NCBI GenBank assembly: GCA_965209055.1
Contig: OZ242374.1
Coordinates: 2,880,001 to 2,944,000, forward strand
From: Acidobacteriota bacterium
Lineage (GTDB): Bacteria > Acidobacteriota > UBA6911 > RPQK01 > JAJDTT01
DNA length: 64,000 nt
Direction of reading: 5' to 3'
Shown: positions 56,911 through 64,000 of the stretch, piece by piece
How positions within the stretch are numbered: the stretch's first letter is position 1
Layout: the number at the start of each line of letters is the position of its first letter
Notes under the pieces: model-generated
The model's input: the letters and a program-made list of their open reading frames with translations, nothing else
Databases searched by the model: none
What the model was told of the DNA's origin: nothing
Position numbers and translations under genes: made by a program

Positions 56911-57954
56911 ATGACCGGAACGGATACGGCCCACATACCGGTGCTGTGCAGGACGGTTCTGGACCACCTCCAGGTCCGGCCGCGAGGCGTCTACGTCGAT
57001 TGCACGGTGGGTCCCGGCGGTCATTCCCGGGAGATCCTGAAGAGGTTGGGAGCGGGACGCCTGGTGGTTCTGGACCTGGACGAAGATGCGCTCCGGCTGG
57101 CGGCTCGCCGCCTCGCGCCATCGAAGGCCAAGCTGAGCCTGCACCGGGAGAACTTCAGGAATCTTCCCCGGTTGCTCCGGAGACTCCGGATCCGCCGGAT
57201 CGACGGCTGTCTGGCCGACGTGGGGGTTTCCTCACTCCAGTTGGACATGGCCGAGAGGGGATTCAGCTTCCTGAAAGAGGGACCCCTGGACATGCGGATG
57301 GACCGCGCCCAGACGGTTACGGCGGCGAGCCTGGTCAATGATTCGCCTCCCGAGCGGCTGGTGGAGATTCTGCGGGCCTACGGCGAGGTCACGGGGGCGG
57401 CAAGAGTGGTGGCGGCGATGGTCGAGGAGCGCCACCGGAAGCGGTTCGAAACGACCACGGAGTTGGCGGCGGTGGTGGAGCGAGTCAAAGGTTGGCCCCG
57501 GGGGACTCGTCTCCACCCCGCAACCCAGGTCTTTCAGGCCCTTCGAATCGAGGTCAACCAGGAATTGAAGAACCTGGAAGCGTTCCTCTCCGGCGTCGTG
57601 GATTTTCTGCGGCCGGGAGGCCGGCTCGTGGTGTTGGCCTTTCACAGCCTTGAGGATCGATTGGTGAAGCGGGCCTTTGCCCGGGAATCGGGGAAGTGCA
57701 TCTGTTTTTCTCCCCGGGATCTGTGCGGATGCCCCCGGCGCCGCCGCGTGCGAGTCCTGACCCGGCGGCCGGTCCGGCCATCGGGACAGGAGATTCGAGC
57801 CAACCCGCGCGCGAGAAGCGCCAAACTCCGGGCCGTTGAACGGCTGAACGCCTCGTCCGATAGTTGCGGCGCCGCCGGTTCCCGCACGGAGCGTGGCCGG
57901 AGGGCGGAAGGATTCCGATGGGGTGACGGGGTGAGGGAAGCGAACAGAGGATAG
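56911..57954 (+). CDS. rsmH: 16S rRNA m4C1402 methyltransferase
   Basis: HIPVL, DCTVGPGGHS, GVSS.QLD..RGFSF, PLDMRM, FHSLEDR, NPRARSAKLR. Confidence 0.97.
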   Translation: MTGTDTAHIPVLCRTVLDHLQVRPRGVYVDCTVGPGGHSREILKRLGAGRLVVLDLDEDALRLAARRLAPSKAKLSLHRENFRNLPRLLRRLRIRRIDGCLADVGVSSLQLDMAERGFSFLKEGPLDMRMDRAQTVTAASLVNDSPPERLVEILRAYGEVTGAARVVAAMVEERHRKRFETTTELAAVVERVKGWPRGTRLHPATQVFQALRIEVNQELKNLEAFLSGVVDFLRPGGRLVVLAFHSLEDRLVKRAFARESGKCICFSPRDLCGCPRRRRVRVLTRRPVRPSGQEIRANPRARSAKLRAVERLNASSDSCGAAGSRTERGRRAEGFRWGDGVREANRG

Positions 57955-57959
57955 GGCAG

Positions 57960-58358
57960 ATGGTGGATTGCTGTTTTCAACAATTTCGCAACCGTCCGGT
58001 TCAGGAGAGGTCCGGGGCGAATGGTTGGCAGATGCTGGGCTGGTTGTTGGCGGTGGGCACAGTCGCGGGGTTGGTCCTCGTTTACGCGGGCCTGCGGATG
58101 GGGATCCTGGAATCCCAGTACGAAGCCGCGCGGCTGCGGAAGGAGAACACGGAGCTTCGCGAATTCAACAACGCGCTCCGCGTCGAGCATGCCACGCTCA
58201 TCAATCCCGAGACCATCGACCGGCGGGCCTCGAGCCTGGGTCTCATCGCTTCCAGTAACGGGTCGGTCAGGATCATCGAAGGAAAATCCCGCCTCTCCGA
58301 GCCGGGAAGCGAGCTGGTCGCCGAGGCCCGCAACCGTTTCGAGGTTTCGCCGGAATGA
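57960..58358 (+). CDS. ftsL: Cell division protein FtsL
   Basis: Single transmembrane segment plus leucine-zipper-like coil; lies between rsmH and ftsI. Confidence 0.8.
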   Translation: MVDCCFQQFRNRPVQERSGANGWQMLGWLLAVGTVAGLVLVYAGLRMGILESQYEAARLRKENTELREFNNALRVEHATLINPETIDRRASSLGLIASSNGSVRIIEGKSRLSEPGSELVAEARNRFEVSPE

Positions 58359-60484
58359 GTGCCGATTCCCAAGACCGCAACCGAGCCCTGGTCCCAAGAC
58401 GGGTAATTGTGTTCTACATGCTCGTCCTGGCCTCGGTCGTGGGCCTGGTCGTCCGCCTGGTGGACCTCCAGGTCTTGAAGCGGGACCATTTCCGCCAACT
58501 GGCGCAGGCCCAGAGCGAGGGTCACGTCTACGTCAGGGTCAAACGTGGCGAAATTCTGGACCGGAATCTCCGGGAGTTGGCCGTCAGCGTCGAGAGCGGC
58601 TCGGTCGGGAGTCACGCCGGGCAGGTTTCGGAGCCAGGAAAGGCTGCCACGGCCCTGGCCCCGTTCCTGCCTTTGAGCCAGGAGGAGATCCGGGAGACGC
58701 TCGATTCCAACACCGGCTTCACCTATCTGGCCAGAAAGATCCCTCCGCACCAGGTCACGACCATCAATGCGCTGAAGCTCAAGGGCATCCAGGTCGACTG
58801 GGACGTGAAGCGAACCTATCCCCAATGGGAACTGGCGGCTCACGTCCTGGGTTTCGTCGGGGTGGAAAACGAAGGTCTGGGCGGGGTCGAGTACCTCTAC
58901 GACGGAGTGATGCGCGGCGAGAAGACTCGCGTCAATCTGAAGGTGGACGGCCGGCGGCACGTCTACAACCGTGAAGCCTCGGGCACCGGTTCCGGAGGGA
59001 ACATCGTGGTCCTCAATCTGGACGAGTCCATCCAGTACTCGGTGGAACAGATCCTGGGGGATACGATACGCGAATGGAAAGCGTCGTCGGGATCGGCGAT
59101 CGTCATGGACGTTCACACCGGCGAAATCCTGGCCCTGGCCTCCCATCCCACCTACAACCCCAACGACTACACCAGTTACGGCCCCGCGGAAAAACGAAAC
59201 CGCGCCATCCTCGACATCTATGAGCCAGGGTCGACCTTCAAGCTGGTGACACTTTCGGCCGCCTTGGAGGAGGGGCTCGTCCAGTCGGGAGAACTGGTGG
59301 ACTGCCGAGTCGGAACAGTGCGTCTGGGCCGCAAGGTCTACCGGGAAGCCAAGAGGAGCTACGGCACCCTCAGCTTCGAGGAGATTCTGGCCAAGTCGAG
59401 CAATGTCGGCACCATCAAGATGGGACTTCGACTGGGTGAGGAACAATTGTATTCCTTCATCCGGCGTTTCGGGTTCGGAAGCAAGACGGGAGTCGAATTG
59501 CCGGGCGAACAGGTCGGACTGCTGGTCCCGCCGGAGCGCTGGTCCCGAATCTCCATCGGGGCTCTCTCCATCGGACAGGAGATTGGAGTCACGCCCATTC
59601 AGATGGTGCGGGCTCTGGCGGTTTTCGGAAACGGAGGCTATCTGGTGAAGCCTCGCCTGGTCCGGCACATCCTCTCCGAGGATGGGAGGATACTGGAAAA
59701 GAGCCGGGTGGAACGTGAGAGGGTGCTGTCGGAGGAGACCGTCCGGACCATCAGGAACGCCATGGGCATGGTCGTGGAGCGGGGGACGGGACGCAGGGCC
59801 CAGCCGACCGGATACTCGGCCGGCGGAAAGACCGGCACCGCTCAGAAGTTCGTTGACGGCAGCTATTCGCGCACCCGCTTCGTAGCCTCGTTTGCGGGAA
59901 TCGCCCCCCTCTCCAATCCCGTGCTGGCCGCGCTGGTCGTCATCGACGAGCCTCGAGTCCACCACTATGGCGGACTGGTGGCCGCTCCCGCCTTCCGCCG
60001 CATCATGGAACGGGCTCTGGTCAGTCTCCATGTCCCTCAGGATCGACGGCTGCCGCAGCCGAACAAGCGGCTGGCCCGCCAACAGAAGAAGCGGCCGAAC
60101 CGGCGGGTGGACCTGGCGGCGTCGCCGGCCGAGGAGCCGTGGACGCGGGATGGACTGGCCGCGGAATTGTCGAGCCTGATGGGAGACGGGAATCCGGACT
60201 CGGATGGAGGTAAATCGGTGACGGTGGCAACCGGGACCTTTCCGCTCCCGGACCTGAGCGGTCTCAGCCTCCGGGAGGCACTCCGCAAGGCCGGCAGTCT
60301 CTCTCTGAGGTTGAGAGTGACGGGCAGTGGCGTGGTCGTGGCGCAGCATCCCAAACCCGGGACTCCGGTTTTCCCCGAATCCATGTGTCAGGTCCATTTG
60401 GACGGCACGGAAAGCTCCACCTATGAGACTCAGCAACTTGCTCTCGGCCGAAGGAGTCAGAGCGTTCGTGAGAGCCGTCGCTGA
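58355..60484 (+). CDS. ftsI: Class B penicillin-binding protein (PBP3) with PASTA domain
   Basis: RGEILDRN, EPGSTFK (SxxK), SSN, KTG; C-terminal PASTA. Confidence 0.93.
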   Translation: MSADSQDRNRALVPRRVIVFYMLVLASVVGLVVRLVDLQVLKRDHFRQLAQAQSEGHVYVRVKRGEILDRNLRELAVSVESGSVGSHAGQVSEPGKAATALAPFLPLSQEEIRETLDSNTGFTYLARKIPPHQVTTINALKLKGIQVDWDVKRTYPQWELAAHVLGFVGVENEGLGGVEYLYDGVMRGEKTRVNLKVDGRRHVYNREASGTGSGGNIVVLNLDESIQYSVEQILGDTIREWKASSGSAIVMDVHTGEILALASHPTYNPNDYTSYGPAEKRNRAILDIYEPGSTFKLVTLSAALEEGLVQSGELVDCRVGTVRLGRKVYREAKRSYGTLSFEEILAKSSNVGTIKMGLRLGEEQLYSFIRRFGFGSKTGVELPGEQVGLLVPPERWSRISIGALSIGQEIGVTPIQMVRALAVFGNGGYLVKPRLVRHILSEDGRILEKSRVERERVLSEETVRTIRNAMGMVVERGTGRRAQPTGYSAGGKTGTAQKFVDGSYSRTRFVASFAGIAPLSNPVLAALVVIDEPRVHHYGGLVAAPAFRRIMERALVSLHVPQDRRLPQPNKRLARQQKKRPNRRVDLAASPAEEPWTRDGLAAELSSLMGDGNPDSDGGKSVTVATGTFPLPDLSGLSLREALRKAGSLSLRLRVTGSGVVVAQHPKPGTPVFPESMCQVHLDGTESSTYETQQLALGRRSQSVRESRR

Positions 60485-61886
60485 GGCGGGCGACCCGGAG
60501 ATCGAGTCCCTCGCTTACGACTCCCGGCAAGCGGAAACCGGAAGCCTTTTTTTCGCCATCCAAGGGTTCGAAAGCGACGGACATCTCTACCTGGATCAGG
60601 CAGTGAAACGGGGCGCGGTTGCCGTAGCCTCCCAACGGCCCGCTCCGGACGATTGCGGCTTTGCCTGGATCCAGGTGTCCCGTATCCGTCGCTTCATGGC
60701 CAGCGTCGCCGATCGTTTCTTCGGACAGCCTTCGGCCAGGCTGAGGCTGGTGGGCATTACCGGGACCAACGGGAAGACCACGACCGCGTTCCTGGCGCAC
60801 TCCATCATGAGCCAAGGGGAACCTTCTCTCGTTATGGGCACCCTGGGAGCCCGTCTCGACGGCAGGAATTGGGCCTCGGAGCGAACCACGCCGGAATCCG
60901 TGGACATCCAATCCATTCTGAACCAGGCAGTCGAATCCGGCTGCGGCCGGGGCGTGATGGAGGTCTCCTCCCATTCCCTCGCCCTGGACCGGGTCTACGG
61001 CTGCCGCTTTCCGGTGGCCGTCTTCACGAATCTGACCCGGGACCACCTGGACTTTCATCACACTCGGGAGAACTACCTCCAGAGCAAGCGCCTATTGTTC
61101 CGGTCCGATTACAACCCCGGTCTGGCCTGGTCGGTGATCAATCACGACGACCCGGCGAGCCGCCGGCTCGATCCGGAAGGCGAGGCCGTGACCTTCGGCA
61201 TGACCCCGGAAGCGCAGGTTCGCCCGATCACGCGGAAGACCACGGTTGACGGGACGCGGGTGGAGCTCGAGTGCCGGGGTCGCCGCCTGGCCTTGAGCAG
61301 TCCCCTGGTGGGAAACCACAACCTCTACAACATCATGGCGGCGGTGGCGGCCTGCCATGCATTGGGGATCGGAGACCGGCAGATCTGCGCGGGCATCTCC
61401 GGACTCGCCCGCGTCCCCGGCCGTTTCGAGAAGGTCGACGTGGACCGGGACTACACGGTGGTCGTGGACTACGCTCATACGCCGGACGCGCTGGAGAACG
61501 TGTTGCGCCTGGCCCGGGGCTTGACCTCGAACCGTGTGCTCTGCGTCTTCGGCTGCGGTGGAGACCGGGACGCGTCCAAGCGGCCGCGGATGGGCGAGAT
61601 CGCCACCCGCCGGTCCGATTGGACCATTTTGACCACGGACAACCCGCGGAGCGAGGATCCGGAGGCCATCCTCCAGCAGATCAGGGCAGGAATCCCTCCC
61701 GAACGGGACAACTTCGAGACCATCGCCGATCGAAGGGAGGCCATCGGCCGCGTCGTGAAGCTGGCCGGGACCGGAGACATGGTCCTGGTGGCGGGCAAGG
61801 GACAGGAAACCTATCAGGAAATCCAGGGGACTCGAATCCCCTTCGACGATCGGGAAGTGGTGAGGGATTCGGTGTGTTTGGACTAG
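60423..61886 (+). CDS. murE: UDP-MurNAc-tripeptide ligase, meso-DAP type
   Basis: GTNGKTT, TTPE, MEVSSH, DYAHTPDA, DNPR. Confidence 0.97.
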   Translation: MRLSNLLSAEGVRAFVRAVAEAGDPEIESLAYDSRQAETGSLFFAIQGFESDGHLYLDQAVKRGAVAVASQRPAPDDCGFAWIQVSRIRRFMASVADRFFGQPSARLRLVGITGTNGKTTTAFLAHSIMSQGEPSLVMGTLGARLDGRNWASERTTPESVDIQSILNQAVESGCGRGVMEVSSHSLALDRVYGCRFPVAVFTNLTRDHLDFHHTRENYLQSKRLLFRSDYNPGLAWSVINHDDPASRRLDPEGEAVTFGMTPEAQVRPITRKTTVDGTRVELECRGRRLALSSPLVGNHNLYNIMAAVAACHALGIGDRQICAGISGLARVPGRFEKVDVDRDYTVVVDYAHTPDALENVLRLARGLTSNRVLCVFGCGGDRDASKRPRMGEIATRRSDWTILTTDNPRSEDPEAILQQIRAGIPPERDNFETIADRREAIGRVVKLAGTGDMVLVAGKGQETYQEIQGTRIPFDDREVVRDSVCLD

Positions 61887-63298
61887 ATTTCCGGCAAGCG
61901 GCCCAGGTCATGGGCGCCCGAACCTGGGGCCGGGACCTGGGTCGGCAGGCGCGTCGGCCTCTGCCCCGGGTCGTCATCGACAGCCGGCAGGTGAAGCCGG
62001 GCGATTGCTTCTTCGCCATCAAGGGGGATCGCCTGGACGGGCACGATTTCCTGGAGGCCGCCATGGAGCGCGGAGCGGCGGTGGGGGTCTGTTCCCGCAC
62101 GCCGAACCTGGATGCCGGCGCCTATGAAGACCGGATCTTCCTCCGCGTCGCCGACACCACCCTGGCGCTGCAGGAACTGGCTGCCGAACTCCGCAGACGG
62201 TGGGGCCGGAGCCTGGTGGGCGTGACCGGCAGCATGGGGAAGACCACGACCCGCACTTTCACCACCCGGCTGCTCGAATCCGGACACCAGGTTCTTCAGT
62301 CTCCCGCCAACTTCAACAACGCCTTCGGAGTGCCCCTTTCCCTTCTCCTGTTGGAGGAACGGCATGACCTGGCGGTGCTGGAACTGGGCATGAACCATGC
62401 CGGCGAGATCCGGCGGCTGGCCCGGATCTGCCGTCCCGATCTCGCCGTCATCACCAATGTGGCGCCGGTGCATCTCGAATTCTTCTCCAGCGTCGACGAG
62501 ATCGCTCGAGCCAAGGGCGAGATCCTGGAGGACATGGCGCCGGCGGGGGTCTTCGTCTACAACGCCGACGACCGCCGGGTGGCGGATCTTGCTTCCGCCT
62601 TCCATGGGCGCAGCGTCTCCTTCTCCCTGGAGAGGAAAGCGGACGTCCAGGTCACGGACGTCCGGGTGGTCGACTCGAACAGCACCCGGTTCATCCTCCG
62701 GGCCGGATGGGGAGAGTCCTCCTGCCGGGTGTCCTTCGTCGGCCGCCACCATCTCTACAACCTGGCTGCGGCCGTGGCTGCGGCCCGGACCCTGGGTTTG
62801 AGCCGGGAACAGATCGAAGGGGCGATTCCCAGCCTGTCCCCACTGCCCATGCGAGGGAAGATCCGGGGGTTGGAGATGTCCGGTTCCCGGCGGATCAGGA
62901 TCTTGGACGACTCCTACAACTCGAACCCGCAAGCCGTACGGATGGTGTTGGAGGCCGTGGGAAAGTCGGCCGGCGCCGGCCGCCGGATCGTCGCTCTGGG
63001 AGAGATGCTGGAGTTGGGTCCCGAGAGCGCGGTCTGGCATCGCCGGGTCGGAAGGATGGCGGCCCGCATCGAGCCTCATCTCCTGGCGGCGGTGGGCGCG
63101 GGAGCCCGGCCGGTTCTGGATGGAGCTCGCGAGGCAGGTTTGGCAGACGGCAGGACCCTCTACTTCGGGACTTCGGAAGAGGCGGCGGAGTACCTGGCCG
63201 GCTTCATTTGCAGCGGCGACTTCCTCTTGATCAAGGGGTCTCGCGGAGTCGGAATGGAACGCATCGCCGCACTTCTGGAAAAGGGGAAGGGCTCTTGA
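61874..63298 (+). CDS. murF: UDP-MurNAc-pentapeptide synthetase
   Basis: IDSR, GSMGKTT, ELGMNHAGEI, DDSYNSNP, KGSRG; GTG start assumed. Confidence 0.95.
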   Translation: MFGLDFRQAAQVMGARTWGRDLGRQARRPLPRVVIDSRQVKPGDCFFAIKGDRLDGHDFLEAAMERGAAVGVCSRTPNLDAGAYEDRIFLRVADTTLALQELAAELRRRWGRSLVGVTGSMGKTTTRTFTTRLLESGHQVLQSPANFNNAFGVPLSLLLLEERHDLAVLELGMNHAGEIRRLARICRPDLAVITNVAPVHLEFFSSVDEIARAKGEILEDMAPAGVFVYNADDRRVADLASAFHGRSVSFSLERKADVQVTDVRVVDSNSTRFILRAGWGESSCRVSFVGRHHLYNLAAAVAAARTLGLSREQIEGAIPSLSPLPMRGKIRGLEMSGSRRIRILDDSYNSNPQAVRMVLEAVGKSAGAGRRIVALGEMLELGPESAVWHRRVGRMAARIEPHLLAAVGAGARPVLDGAREAGLADGRTLYFGTSEEAAEYLAGFICSGDFLLIKGSRGVGMERIAALLEKGKGS

Positions 63299-64000
63299 TC
63301 TATCACCTGTTGTACGCTCTTCACGACCAGTTCTCGGTCCTGAACGTACTCCGCTATATTACGTTTCGCACCGCCTACGCCACGTTCACGGCTCTGGCCT
63401 TGAGCCTGATTCTGGGTCCCTGGCTCATCGCCAAGCTCAGGGACTATCAGATCGGTCAGTTCATCCGGGAAGACGGTCCCGAACATCACCTTCAAAAGGC
63501 CGGCACCCCCACCATGGGCGGAGTGCTCATTGTCGTCAGCATCGTACTGCCCACCCTTTTGTGGGCTGATCTGGGAAACCTTTACGTCTGGATCGCCGTC
63601 GCTTCCCTGATCCTGTTCGGTGCTGTGGGCCTGGCCGACGACTACCTCAAGGTCTCCCGGAAGAACTCGACCGGCCTGCGGCCGCGGCGCAAAATCATGT
63701 TCCAGGTGCTGATCGCCTTGGGCATCGGGCTGACTCTCGTAGCGCTCCACTATCAGGGGCTCTACAGCATTCAGTTGAGCGTCCCCTTCTTCAAGCGTTT
63801 CACGCCGGAACTGGATCTGGTGGTGCTGGGGGTCTCGACCTTCATTCCCCTGATCGTGTTCACGGCTCTGGTCATCGTGGGAAGCAGCAACGCTGTGAAC
63901 CTGACGGACGGCCTGGATGGACTGGCCAGCGGCCTGATGGTGATTTCGGCTTCGGCCCTGACGGTTCTGGCTTACGTGACCAGCCACGCCACTTTCGCCA
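63295..64000 (+). CDS. mraY: Phospho-MurNAc-pentapeptide transferase, partial
   Basis: Not in the ORF track. TTG start gives MIYHLL...YITFRT...IREDGP..H..KAGTPTMGG...DDYLK...SNAVNLTDGLDGLA. Confidence 0.97.
   Translation, partial: MIYHLLYALHDQFSVLNVLRYITFRTAYATFTALALSLILGPWLIAKLRDYQIGQFIREDGPEHHLQKAGTPTMGGVLIVVSIVLPTLLWADLGNLYVWIAVASLILFGAVGLADDYLKVSRKNSTGLRPRRKIMFQVLIALGIGLTLVALHYQGLYSIQLSVPFFKRFTPELDLVVLGVSTFIPLIVFTALVIVGSSNAVNLTDGLDGLASGLMVISASALTVLAYVTSHATFA

Noticed and set aside
60423-60484. 62-nt ftsI/murE overlap as a frameshift
   Set aside because: Both proteins keep all expected motifs, and overlaps are common in dcw clusters.

Overview
High-GC bacterial window, most consistent with an Acidobacteriota genome (GWxTD, CRTAC1/ASPIC-UnbV, DUF1592/DUF1552 and TPR genes; this is inference). 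About 0-46 kb is accessory: tandem paralog pairs, beta-propeller, NHL and Kelch proteins, many Gfo/Idh/MocA and other oxidoreductases, a solitary AAA/DUF4143 gene and a family of GGAG-tagged REP-like hairpins. About 46-64 kb is core genome: nadK, a DinG helicase, glyA, rpiB, proS and the start of the dcw cluster (mraZ-rsmH-ftsL-ftsI-murE-murF-mraY). The best candidate for an undescribed system is a compact five-gene cassette at 22.2-25.7 kb: phage-repressor-like HTH, Schlafen/AlbA_2-HATPase, dual-OB protein and two DUF488 genes, the last broken by a single in-frame TAA. No rRNA, tRNA, CRISPR array, integrase or transposase was recognised. All family calls come from motif recognition by eye, not database searches.
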